Below the pieces are notes generated by a model. That model was given only the letters and a program-made list of their open reading frames with translations, did not search any database and was not told the origin of the DNA. From a phage: 64,000 nt of DNA. Location: assembly GCA_033759635.1 (NCBI GenBank), contig GCA_033759635.1_4528.1; one strand, written 5' to 3'. Each line of letters begins with the position of its first letter. Within the stretch, counting starts at the first letter, position 1. The position numbers and the translations under genes are program-made. Shown here piece by piece: positions 37,222 through 45,949 of this stretch.

Positions 37222-37938
37222 ATGGGAAAACATAACACAATGAAATATATTAAAGCCGCAGATTTTCAATCCGCATTTAAAGCTGTCAATCGTGAAATTT
37301 TAGAAAACCCGGAATTCGTAACTGATTCTCGTATTGGACGTTGTAATGAAATTGGGTCTATGACAGTAGTTGTTGACACTCCATCATCATTCAAAATGAC
37401 CGACCCACGTATTAATCGCATCTCTTATGAATATGCTGAAGATTTCTGGAAGTTTATGATTTCTGGTGGTACTGATGCAGAAGAAGCATTTAAGGCATAT
37501 CCTAATGTCGCTAAATTTATTTCTAAACCAAAATCAGATGTTTTGCCTGCAAACTTCAACACTTTCTACGGTCCTCGCATTGCGGCCCAATTACCAGCTC
37601 TTCTAAAAGAACTTAAAGAGAAACCTAACTCTCGAAGAGTTGTGTTCCAAATTCTAGAAAGTTCTGATCAGGCTTTGCTTGATTCGGACGAAACACTTGA
37701 ATATCCATGTACTGACTCGGTAACTTATTATATTCGTGATGGTAAGCTTTATACTCACTGTCATATGCGTTCCCAGAACTGTGCTGTTGTTATGCAGTTG
37801 GATTTTTATCTCCAAGGAAAATTACTTCATTATATCGCTAACGAATGTGGTGTAGAAGTTGGTGATTATACTCATACCATGGTAAGTGCCCATGTGTTTG
37901 AACGTGATTTTGATTATGTTAAAGGATTCCTTGACTAA
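37222..37938 (+). CDS. 42: dCMP hydroxymethylase (thymidylate synthase fold)
   Basis: 238 aa; active-site region YPCTDSVTYYIRDGKLYTHCHMRSQN parallels recalled T4 gp42 (MCTNTVQYLIRD..NMRSND); position between 43 and uvsX. Confidence 0.75.
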   Translation: MGKHNTMKYIKAADFQSAFKAVNREILENPEFVTDSRIGRCNEIGSMTVVVDTPSSFKMTDPRINRISYEYAEDFWKFMISGGTDAEEAFKAYPNVAKFISKPKSDVLPANFNTFYGPRIAAQLPALLKELKEKPNSRRVVFQILESSDQALLDSDETLEYPCTDSVTYYIRDGKLYTHCHMRSQNCAVVMQLDFYLQGKLLHYIANECGVEVGDYTHTMVSAHVFERDFDYVKGFLD

Positions 37939-38837
37939 TGGCTATTTTCCGCGTACCAATCTTGAGTATGCGGTCTTATGAAACTGGACAGTATGCTATC
38001 CTTAAGGATGGCAACTTCCAACTTCATTTGCACCGTGCTAATCCAGGCGATGTGATTACATATCCACGTAATGCATCTGATATTAAAGAATGTGAACGTC
38101 TTTTCCCAGAATTTAAGTTTGTTCCATTATGGTATAAAGATAACGCGTATAACACTCGTAAATATTTCTGGTCTGAAAATGAATTTGTGGTTGATTCATT
38201 AATTGCTTATTATGATTGTGATTTTCTAATCACAGATATCACTGGATATGATGGCGCTTTTGACGTAGAATTCAATTTCAATATCACTGCAGACCCTAAT
38301 AAACCACGTTTTTATATTGATGAATTCTTAAAAACCGACATGTTGTCTGTTAATCGTTCACTTCAAACTACTGTGTTGAATGAACGTCAAAAAGAAGTGC
38401 TGGTTAACGCAGGTGCAGATGGTAATAAGATTATCGTAACGCAGAAAGTTATACGTCCTTCCGTCATGCAGCGTCTTGTAGGTGATTTGGCTCCTATTCA
38501 TCTAGATGGTATTTTTCATCCATTTCGAATTAGTGACCCATGCTATCGTTTTGAACAAGTTGTTGAATGCGCAATTCAATTAGGTCAACCGCTTTATATA
38601 ACTGATCCAAATAATAGCTTCGACAGAAATAAGTATCCTGAAGAAGCGCTGATTCGAATTTTTAATCCAACTAAAACTGAGTACTATCAAATTCTTAAAG
38701 GACGTCCGAAGATTCAATATTTCGAAAATCCTGAAGAAGTATTCCATCCAGGTCTTGGTGAGTTCATCTACTTTAATGCTTTAATTTCTTCGCCGTATAA
38801 TATACCTAAATACGAAGATGTCGTAATCGAGGAATAA
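37938..38837 (+). CDS. hypothetical protein (299 aa) at the position of T4 beta-gt
   Basis: ORF track; no resemblance to recalled T4 beta-glucosyltransferase. Confidence 0.6.
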   Translation: MAIFRVPILSMRSYETGQYAILKDGNFQLHLHRANPGDVITYPRNASDIKECERLFPEFKFVPLWYKDNAYNTRKYFWSENEFVVDSLIAYYDCDFLITDITGYDGAFDVEFNFNITADPNKPRFYIDEFLKTDMLSVNRSLQTTVLNERQKEVLVNAGADGNKIIVTQKVIRPSVMQRLVGDLAPIHLDGIFHPFRISDPCYRFEQVVECAIQLGQPLYITDPNNSFDRNKYPEEALIRIFNPTKTEYYQILKGRPKIQYFENPEEVFHPGLGEFIYFNALISSPYNIPKYEDVVIEE

Positions 38838-38838
38838 A

Positions 38839-39387
38839 ATGGCTAAAATTATTTTAGTAGATGGCCCGGATAATGCCGGTAAAACAACTTTCATTAATGA
38901 CATAATGGAAATTAGTGAAAGATATGTAAAGATTGATTTCCCTAAACGAACAGTTGATGGACGTTTCGATGTTAAGTCTCGAAATGAAGTTGGTTGTTTC
39001 GAAACGATGTTGAATTATTTAGACCCTACTAAGATTTATCTGTTAGACCGTGGATATATTAGTAACTGGGTTTATGGACGTATTCGACAAGATGCGGACT
39101 CGGTTCTTGACGTTTATGAACAGGACTATGTTCGTCTTTGCCAAAACCATGATGTGTTCACAATTATTTTAACACGTAACGAAATGACTGAAAGTTTTGA
39201 AGACGACCTTATTACTTTGTCTTCATTCGGTTTTAATACAGTCATTTCACATTTTGAAGAGTTTGCAATTCATAACAAAATCCAAACATATCAATTACTT
39301 AATCATGATGGTGCTAACAAAGTTATAGGATTTAATGCAAGCGAACGTAATGGTTTGATTACAGAAATCATCAAATGGGCTCGTTAA
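38839..39387 (+). CDS. P-loop nucleoside/nucleotide kinase-like protein
   Basis: 182 aa; Walker A LVDGPDNAGKTT; LDRGYIS resembles the DRY/DRS motif of dNK/TMPK kinases. Confidence 0.5.
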   Translation: MAKIILVDGPDNAGKTTFINDIMEISERYVKIDFPKRTVDGRFDVKSRNEVGCFETMLNYLDPTKIYLLDRGYISNWVYGRIRQDADSVLDVYEQDYVRLCQNHDVFTIILTRNEMTESFEDDLITLSSFGFNTVISHFEEFAIHNKIQTYQLLNHDGANKVIGFNASERNGLITEIIKWAR

Positions 39388-39400
39388 GAGCCATTTAAAG
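39373..39400 (+). terminator. terminator-like imperfect hairpin before uvsX
   Basis: atgggctc-gtta-agagccat with a one-base bulge, followed by an A/T-rich tract. Confidence 0.3.
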
Positions 39401-39485
39401 TTTTAAATGCTGTATAACCCTTAGTATATAATCATCTTATCTTTTAAACATGAGTAAAATATAATGATGCCTATGGAAAAATACA

Positions 39486-40658
39486 ATGTCTGATTTAAAA
39501 TCTCGTCTGATTAAAGCTTCTACTTCTAAAATGACTGCAGACTTGACTAAGTCTAAGCTGTTTAATAATCGTGATGAAGTCCCTACTCGTATTCCGATGT
39601 TGAATATTGCACTAGGTGGTGCTCTGAATGCAGGATTGCAATCAGGCTTGACTATTTTTGCTGCACCTTCTAAACATTTTAAAACATTGTTTGGACTAAC
39701 TATGGTTGCAGCTTATATGAAGAAATATAAAGATGCAATCTGTTTGTTCTATGACTCAGAATTCGGTGCTTCAGAATCTTATTTTCGTTCAATGGGTGTC
39801 GATTTAGACCGTGTAGTTCATACTCCTATTCAATCTGTCGAACAACTTAAAGTTGATATGACTAATCAGCTTGACGCTATTGAACGCGGTGATAAAGTTA
39901 TTATCTTTATCGATTCAATCGGTAATACTGCATCTAAGAAAGAAACCGAAGATGCATTGAACGAGAAAGTCGTAGGTGATATGTCTCGTGCTAAGGCACT
40001 TAAATCTCTTTTCCGTATTGTAACTCCTTATCTGACTATTAAAGATATTCCATGTGTTGCAATCAACCATACAGCAATGGAAATCGGCGGATTGTATCCT
40101 AAAGAGATTATGGGCGGTGGTACAGGTATTCTTTATTCTGCCAACACGGTATTTTTTATCTCTAAACGTCAGGTTAAAGAAGGTACAGAATTGACCGGTT
40201 ATGACTTCACGTTGAAAGCGGAAAAATCTCGTACAGTTAAAGAGAAATCTACTTTCCCGATCACGGTTAATTTTGATGGCGGTATTGACCCATTCAGTGG
40301 CTTGTTAGAAATGGCAACTGAAATTGGTTTTGTAGTTAAGCCTAAAGCCGGGTGGTATGCTCGTGAATTCCTTGACGAAGAAACAGGCGAAATGATTCGT
40401 GAAGAGAAATCATGGCGTGCTAAAGCTACTGATTGTGTAGAATTCTGGGGACCTTTGTTTAAACATAAGCCTTTCCGAGATGCAATTGAAACTAAATATA
40501 AACTAGGTGCTATCTCTTCTATTAAAGAAGTTGATGACGCTGTTAACGACCTTATTAATTGCAAAGCAACAACTAAAGTTCCTGTTAAAGCTTCTGATGC
40601 TCCGTCTGCAGCAGATATTGAAAACGACCTTGACGAAATGGAAGATTTCGATGAATAA
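39486..40658 (+). CDS. uvsX: RecA-like recombinase UvsX
   Basis: 390 aa; N-terminus MSDLKSRLIKASTSKMTADLT matches recalled T4 UvsX. Confidence 0.9.
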   Translation: MSDLKSRLIKASTSKMTADLTKSKLFNNRDEVPTRIPMLNIALGGALNAGLQSGLTIFAAPSKHFKTLFGLTMVAAYMKKYKDAICLFYDSEFGASESYFRSMGVDLDRVVHTPIQSVEQLKVDMTNQLDAIERGDKVIIFIDSIGNTASKKETEDALNEKVVGDMSRAKALKSLFRIVTPYLTIKDIPCVAINHTAMEIGGLYPKEIMGGGTGILYSANTVFFISKRQVKEGTELTGYDFTLKAEKSRTVKEKSTFPITVNFDGGIDPFSGLLEMATEIGFVVKPKAGWYAREFLDEETGEMIREEKSWRAKATDCVEFWGPLFKHKPFRDAIETKYKLGAISSIKEVDDAVNDLINCKATTKVPVKASDAPSAADIENDLDEMEDFDE

Positions 40659-40992
40659 TCTCGATGATTTAAATCTAGAAATCGTTGATGAATCCCCTTC
40701 TTCGGAAGGGGAAGACATTCGCAAAGAACGAGTGTTTAATGAATCTCTTAAAATTATCCGTTCAGCAATGGAAAATGTCATTCAAGAGATTCTGATTACA
40801 CTTGAAGACGGTTCTCATCATATAGTCTATATTACAAAACTAGACTGGGTTGATGGTAAAATCGTAATGGACTTTGCAGTTCTTGACCAGGACAGAAAAG
40901 CAGAACTTGCACCACATGTTGAAAAATGTGTTACAATGCAGGTACAACAAGCTTTTAATGAACGAACCAAGAAAAAATTTAAATTCTTTTAA
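40651..40992 (+). CDS. 40: gp40-like head vertex assembly protein
   Basis: 113 aa from ATG 40651 overlapping uvsX end; position between uvsX and 41. Confidence 0.55.
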   Translation: MNNLDDLNLEIVDESPSSEGEDIRKERVFNESLKIIRSAMENVIQEILITLEDGSHHIVYITKLDWVDGKIVMDFAVLDQDRKAELAPHVEKCVTMQVQQAFNERTKKKFKFF

Positions 40993-41001
40993 GGAGTTAT
41001 C

Positions 41002-42444
41002 GTGGTAGAAATTATTTTGTCTCATCTCGTATATGACCAGGCTTATTTTTCTAAGGTCTGGCCTTATATGGATTCTGATTACTTTGAGCGTGGACCGGCA
41101 AAAAATGTCTTTAAAATTATAAAGAACCACGTTAACGAATATAACGCAATGCCATCCATTAATGCATTAAAGGTGGCTTTAGATAACAGTTCTTTAACTG
41201 AAGCCGAATATAAAGGAACTTCAGACTTAATTGAAAAATTGGCTGATACTCCTGAAGACCACGAATGGTTGGTTAAAGAAACTGAGAAATATGTCCAGCA
41301 AAAAGCGATGTATAATGCTACATCCAAAATCATTGAGATTCAGTCTAATGCTGAACTACCTCCAGAACAACGTAACAAGAAAATGCCTGATGTAGGAGCT
41401 ATTCCTGATATTATGCGTCAAGCACTTTCAATTTCGTTCGATAGTTATGTTGGACATGACTGGATGGAAGACTACGAAGCACGCTGGCTTTCTTATCTAA
41501 ATAAAGCACGTAAGGTCCCGTTCAAATTAAACATTTTGAATAAAATAACCAAAGGTGGTGCAGAAACAGGTACACTAAACGTTTTAATGGCCGGTGTTAA
41601 CGTCGGTAAATCTTTAGGCCTTTGTTCACTTGCTGCAGATTATCTTCAAACAGGTCATAATGTTCTTTATATTTCCATGGAAATGGCTGAAGAAGTTTGT
41701 GCTAAGCGTATAGATGCAAACATGCTTGACGTATCACTCGATGATATCGATGATGGTAACGTATCTTATGCTGAATATAAAGCCAAGATGGAAAAATGGC
41801 GTTCAAAAACAACATTAGGACGTTTAGTAGTTAAACAGTATCCTACTGGTGGAGCTAATGCTAATACATTCCGTGCGTTGCTTAATGAGTTAAAACTTAA
41901 GAAGAACTTTGTGCCATCTGTAATCATGGTTGATTACTTAGGTATTTGTGGGTCTTGTCGTATCAGAGTTTACACTGAAAATAGCTACACATTAGTTAAA
42001 GCTATCGCAGAAGAACTTCGTGCATTAGCAGTAGAATCTGAAACAGTTCTATGGACTGCAGCTCAAGTAGGACGTGCAGCATGGGATGCTTCAGACATGA
42101 ACATGAGTGATATCGCAGAATCAGCAGGTTTACCAGCAACGGCAGATTTCATGTTGGCCGTAATTGAAACCGAAGAACTTGCACAAGCTGAACAACAACT
42201 TATCAAACAAATCAAATCACGATACGGTGATAAGAATAAGTGGAACAAGTTCTTGATGGGTGTACGTAAAGGCAATCAGAAATGGGTTGAGATTGAGCAA
42301 GAAGGCATGAATACACCTAACACAGTAAATGAAAACGCAGGTGCTCAGATGCGTCAGGCAGAGGTGAATCGTACGGAACGCGTAGGTAAAGCCAAAGCAA
42401 CACGTGCTGACCTAGATAGCTTAGCCAATGAGTTAAAATTTTAA
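41002..42444 (+). CDS. 41: replicative DNA helicase gp41 (DnaB-like)
   Basis: 480 aa; GTG start after SD AAGGAG; Walker A GVNVGKS; strong match to recalled T4 gp41. Confidence 0.9.
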   Translation: MVEIILSHLVYDQAYFSKVWPYMDSDYFERGPAKNVFKIIKNHVNEYNAMPSINALKVALDNSSLTEAEYKGTSDLIEKLADTPEDHEWLVKETEKYVQQKAMYNATSKIIEIQSNAELPPEQRNKKMPDVGAIPDIMRQALSISFDSYVGHDWMEDYEARWLSYLNKARKVPFKLNILNKITKGGAETGTLNVLMAGVNVGKSLGLCSLAADYLQTGHNVLYISMEMAEEVCAKRIDANMLDVSLDDIDDGNVSYAEYKAKMEKWRSKTTLGRLVVKQYPTGGANANTFRALLNELKLKKNFVPSVIMVDYLGICGSCRIRVYTENSYTLVKAIAEELRALAVESETVLWTAAQVGRAAWDASDMNMSDIAESAGLPATADFMLAVIETEELAQAEQQLIKQIKSRYGDKNKWNKFLMGVRKGNQKWVEIEQEGMNTPNTVNENAGAQMRQAEVNRTERVGKAKATRADLDSLANELKF

Positions 42445-42450
42445 TAAAAA

Positions 42451-42469
42451 GGAGACTTCGGTCTCCTTT
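42451..42469 (+). terminator. intrinsic terminator after gene 41
   Basis: GGAGAC-TTCG-GTCTCC then TTT. Confidence 0.6.
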
Positions 42470-42473
42470 CGGG

Positions 42474-42532
42474 GTTTACATCTTCCTCTAGGCATGATAT
42501 GATGTACTTACACTAACCAAGAGGAAAACATT
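42474..42532 (+). promoter_or_regulatory. early promoter-like element
   Basis: GTTTAC 42474-42479, 18-nt spacer, TATGAT 42498-42503; SD AGAGGAAAA. Confidence 0.5.
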
Positions 42533-42907
42533 ATGAATATGTCTCAAGCAATTTTTACTGCAATCACCGAAAACACAACTGTTGAAGTAGTTTCTCCGCT
42601 GGCAACCTACGTTATTCTTGCTCCTAAATCTATTGTATCTCGTATGGAAAACATGGGCAAACGTATCGTACAAATCGTTGGATCCGGAAATCAAAAACTT
42701 GATTATCTGCGAACCATCAAAGCTTATGAACATTTCCAACTCGAAAAAGGTTCTCCTATCCAGGTAGAACTCGTAAATGGTGATATCGTTCGAGCAATGT
42801 TCCATCATTTCTATGCATTGAATGACCCATCTAAAGCGGTTCGTTTAATTGCATATGACGCAAACCAAAGTGAAATCAACGCAGATGTATCTAAATTACA
42901 TTTTTAA
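42533..42907 (+). CDS. hypothetical protein (124 aa)
   Basis: ORF track; SD AGAGGAAAA. Confidence 0.55.
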   Translation: MNMSQAIFTAITENTTVEVVSPLATYVILAPKSIVSRMENMGKRIVQIVGSGNQKLDYLRTIKAYEHFQLEKGSPIQVELVNGDIVRAMFHHFYALNDPSKAVRLIAYDANQSEINADVSKLHF

Positions 42908-42962
42908 GTTTACTTCTCCAGTAGTTGTGTTATTATAGACCTATCAACTACTGGAGAACAAA
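42908..42962 (+). promoter_or_regulatory. early promoter / stem-loop cassette
   Basis: GTTTAC 42908-42913, TATTAT 42931-42936; perfect 12-bp IR ctccagtagttg (42916-42927) / caactactggag (42946-42957), right arm overlaps SD. Confidence 0.6.
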
Positions 42963-43280
42963 ATGAAAACCATCGATTGTAAAGCAAAATTTAAGATTTT
43001 TTATCACGGTTCAAGTAGTTCAGCTAACATCGAAAACATGCTTTGTCCTCCTGAAGAAACAGGAGTTCTGTCTGAAACTGGACGTAAGAAAAACTTGGAT
43101 CGTGTATTCTTTACTGAAGATATCGGTTTAGCAAAGATTTATGCAGGACGAGCAGCACGCTCTTATGGAGGTGAACCACGTCTCTATCGAGTAATTTCTC
43201 CGGTAGATGTAGTTCAAATGAATGATACTAAAGGTGCTACAGTTTATCACGCTGAATGGGCATTTTGCGAGGAAATATGA
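42963..43280 (+). CDS. hypothetical protein (105 aa) with H-G-S motif
   Basis: ORF track; FYHGSSS near N-terminus. Confidence 0.5.
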   Translation: MKTIDCKAKFKIFYHGSSSSANIENMLCPPEETGVLSETGRKKNLDRVFFTEDIGLAKIYAGRAARSYGGEPRLYRVISPVDVVQMNDTKGATVYHAEWAFCEEI

Positions 43281-43465
43281 GCAAATTAACTAAAATTACT
43301 TTTATTGGCTGGTTTAAAAGCGGTGAGATGTTCACTAAAGATATCATGTTATCAGGTGATCGTGAAGAAATCGAGTGGGTTGCGGTGCAACTCGCCGAAG
43401 TGAACAGTGCACTTGTTAAAGCATTTGTTAATGATGAGAAAGTTTTTGAAGCTGATTTTCGATAA
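43277..43465 (+). CDS. hypothetical protein (62 aa)
   Basis: Start refined to ATG 43277 after SD GAGGAAAT. Confidence 0.45.
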   Translation: MSKLTKITFIGWFKSGEMFTKDIMLSGDREEIEWVAVQLAEVNSALVKAFVNDEKVFEADFR

Positions 43466-43478
43466 TTTTAAAATAACT

Positions 43479-43536
43479 GTTTACAAGCACCACATACTGT
43501 GTTACTATCTTTTTATCAACTACAGAGGAAATTGAA
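43479..43536 (+). promoter_or_regulatory. early promoter-like element
   Basis: GTTTAC 43479-43484, TACTAT 43504-43509; SD AGAGGAAA. Confidence 0.5.
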
Positions 43537-43905
43537 ATGAAAAAATTAATCGCTTTAGCAATGGTATTTGGATTAACCGGATGTGGTGCTCATGGCTTTA
43601 TCCCTAATAACGTTGGCCAACTGATTTACAATCCGAATGTTAAACAGTACAACCAACCTAAAGTTGAAGTGGAAGACCCGGTTACTGTAGGTAATCGAAT
43701 GATTCAAGCTGATGCTCATGCTCAACGTTATCGTGACTCTGATACTGTAGCTATGTCAAAAGAACAACGCGTTAAAGAACATTGTCTACAGGCTACTGAA
43801 ATCGCATTTATTCGCTATGTTGAAACAACTGGTAAAGAGCCTACCCAGAAACAAATCGCGAATAACTACGTCCAGTGTATTGAACGTTTAAACAAATTTA
43901 ATTAA
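43537..43905 (+). CDS. putative lipoprotein (122 aa)
   Basis: Signal peptide with lipobox LTGC (MKKLIALAMVFGLTGC). Confidence 0.6.
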   Translation: MKKLIALAMVFGLTGCGAHGFIPNNVGQLIYNPNVKQYNQPKVEVEDPVTVGNRMIQADAHAQRYRDSDTVAMSKEQRVKEHCLQATEIAFIRYVETTGKEPTQKQIANNYVQCIERLNKFN

Positions 43906-43908
43906 TTG

Positions 43909-43966
43909 GTTTACACCAAAGTTAAACCAAGATACTATAAACATAACAAATCAAGAGGAAATTAAC
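43909..43966 (+). promoter_or_regulatory. early promoter-like element
   Basis: GTTTAC 43909-43914, TACTAT 43933-43938; SD AAGAGGAAA. Confidence 0.5.
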
Positions 43967-44215
43967 ATGGAATTATTCGTGGCTAGTTCAGTAGCAGTTT
44001 TAATCGCAGGTATTGGTTCAATCATCATTTACATGTTGCCTTGGGTAATCGCACTTATTCGTGGCACAAAAAGCACAACAGCAATCTTCTTTGTATCTTT
44101 ACTCTTTAACTGGACGATGGTTGGTTGGATTGGAACTTTAATTTGGTCTATCGTTGCCGAAAAGAAATCGGCTCAGCAGCCTCAACAAGTAATTATTATT
44201 CGCGAAAAAGAATAA
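43967..44215 (+). CDS. small two-helix membrane protein (82 aa; possibly Imm-like)
   Basis: Two hydrophobic segments; adjacent to sp. Confidence 0.5.
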   Translation: MELFVASSVAVLIAGIGSIIIYMLPWVIALIRGTKSTTAIFFVSLLFNWTMVGWIGTLIWSIVAEKKSAQQPQQVIIIREKE

Positions 44216-44219
44216 ACTT

Positions 44220-44278
44220 GTTTACATTATAGATGGACTATAGTATAGTAGTCCTATCAAATCAACTAAGGAGTTAAA
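44220..44278 (+). promoter_or_regulatory. early promoter / stem-loop cassette upstream of sp
   Basis: GTTTAC 44220-44225; IR ggacta / tagtcc bracketing TAGTATAGTA; SD AAGGAG. Confidence 0.5.
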
Positions 44279-44572
44279 ATGAAAAAGTTATCATTGGCAG
44301 CAATCCTACTTGCAGTATCATGTGCACCGGCTCCAGTTACGGCAGGTTATGATAAAGACCTCTGTGAGTGGTCAATGACTGCAAATCAAGAAGATGTTGA
44401 ACAACAAATCTTCTCTGATATCATGAACATCACTAAACGAGACCGTCCTAATATGGTTAATAAAGTTGTTGAACAACTTAAGTCTGGCGGTATCATGCAG
44501 TACAACTATGTTTTGTATTGTGACCCTAATTTCGATAACAAAGATATCGTAACCGAAATCACAGGTGAATAA
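44279..44572 (+). CDS. sp: spackle periplasmic protein (superinfection exclusion / lysozyme inhibitor)
   Basis: 97 aa with signal peptide; AGYDKDLCEWSMTA...KRDRP...LKSGG.MQYNYVLYCD matches recalled T4 Sp. Confidence 0.7.
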   Translation: MKKLSLAAILLAVSCAPAPVTAGYDKDLCEWSMTANQEDVEQQIFSDIMNITKRDRPNMVNKVVEQLKSGGIMQYNYVLYCDPNFDNKDIVTEITGE

Positions 44573-44573
44573 T

Positions 44574-45224
44574 ATGATTTATTATATGCACAAAAACGCG
44601 CCATTTAAATATGGTAAATTTCCTAATGCACAATGTTATAATATAACGCCGAATGAAAATAATAACGGATACCATATTGGTGTAATTTTTGTAATTGTTA
44701 AAGATAACGAAATCGTTGCCTGGGCAGATTTTAAAGGTACAACATATGATGTTAATCCTGTGCCTTTCACATATTACAATATAATGGATTTGGCATATGA
44801 TTATAATTGGTTTACTCATGACACGTTGGCTCATATTGAAGGTGTAGGATTTGACATCTCTTATTCTAGCTATTCGTTATGTCCTATGAGCCGAGCTCAC
44901 GGTAAAGATGTATCATATCTTTCAATTCGGAAACGTGTAAACTTCAAACGTAGTACAGAGTATGTTGGTGGACTCTTTGTTAAAGATAATAAAATAACCC
45001 GTATTAGTTATCCTTTAAGTGTAGATCAAAAAGATGTTGATGTTGATTTAGACTTAACTGAAAGTAACATTAATCGTATTGCTTCTGTATATTTTGATAT
45101 CGATGAAAAAATTGTAGTGTGTGGATACGAATTACCACTTGAAGAAAAGGCTGAAGCAATTGAAGTCGAATTAGAAATTTCTGTTGATGACCAAATATTT
45201 AATGCATTTATGAATCGAGGTTAA
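44574..45224 (+). CDS. hypothetical protein (216 aa)
   Basis: Start refined to ATG 44574. Confidence 0.55.
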   Translation: MIYYMHKNAPFKYGKFPNAQCYNITPNENNNGYHIGVIFVIVKDNEIVAWADFKGTTYDVNPVPFTYYNIMDLAYDYNWFTHDTLAHIEGVGFDISYSSYSLCPMSRAHGKDVSYLSIRKRVNFKRSTEYVGGLFVKDNKITRISYPLSVDQKDVDVDLDLTESNINRIASVYFDIDEKIVVCGYELPLEEKAEAIEVELEISVDDQIFNAFMNRG

Positions 45225-45225
45225 A

Positions 45226-45423
45226 ATGACTACTGCAATTTGCACTGGTTCTAAAATTAGTGTTTTTACAAGTTTTGAAGATTATGAAGTTGTTTCAAAA
45301 CACCAATGTCATATTAGCGTAAAAGCTAATGACGGTGTAATTTGGAATATTCCGCACTATGAAGACACTACATATGAAGTCACAGATGCGAACGGTGATA
45401 AAGCGATCTTTGTGATTGATTAA
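45226..45423 (+). CDS. hypothetical protein (65 aa)
   Basis: ORF track. Confidence 0.45.
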   Translation: MTTAICTGSKISVFTSFEDYEVVSKHQCHISVKANDGVIWNIPHYEDTTYEVTDANGDKAIFVID

Positions 45424-45442
45424 ATATACTCAGGAGGTACCT

Positions 45443-45910
45443 ATGGGTATTATTAACACTGCAATAGATTCAGTTTATGCATATAAGTTTATTCGACTAA
45501 TGCAAAAACCTTTTACAGAATGGAAAGCGTACGAAGCCAAAATCATCGATGAACGTGGAAGTGTTCTTAAACGTCCTTCTACTCCCGAAGAGAAAGCGGC
45601 TTATACACCTTTTCATGCTTCAGTTCGTTCAATGAAGCGAATGATGAGTACTGTTCCAGGTCTTAATGGAATGGCCTCAATGATGTCTGCCTGGAGTGCC
45701 GTAGCATCCCGCTATAACATTACAGAAGAACAGCAGAAAGAAATATTTAAAGAACTCCCTTTATTTGAGGATATGGTGGCCGGTGATTCAGGTGGCAGCC
45801 CTCAAGCTATTGCATCAGGAACAACTACAGGTGCAGTCGTAAATAAAGGTCCAGAACAAATTCCTTCCAAGAAAAGAAAGCGAATTAAAGTAAATATCAA
45901 TAAGTTGTGA
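45443..45910 (+). CDS. hypothetical protein (155 aa)
   Basis: Start refined to ATG 45443 after SD AGGAGGT. Confidence 0.5.
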   Translation: MGIINTAIDSVYAYKFIRLMQKPFTEWKAYEAKIIDERGSVLKRPSTPEEKAAYTPFHASVRSMKRMMSTVPGLNGMASMMSAWSAVASRYNITEEQQKEIFKELPLFEDMVAGDSGGSPQAIASGTTTGAVVNKGPEQIPSKKRKRIKVNINKL

Positions 45911-45949
45911 TATGATGGCCTTATTAATTTAAGGCCTCTGGAGAATACT

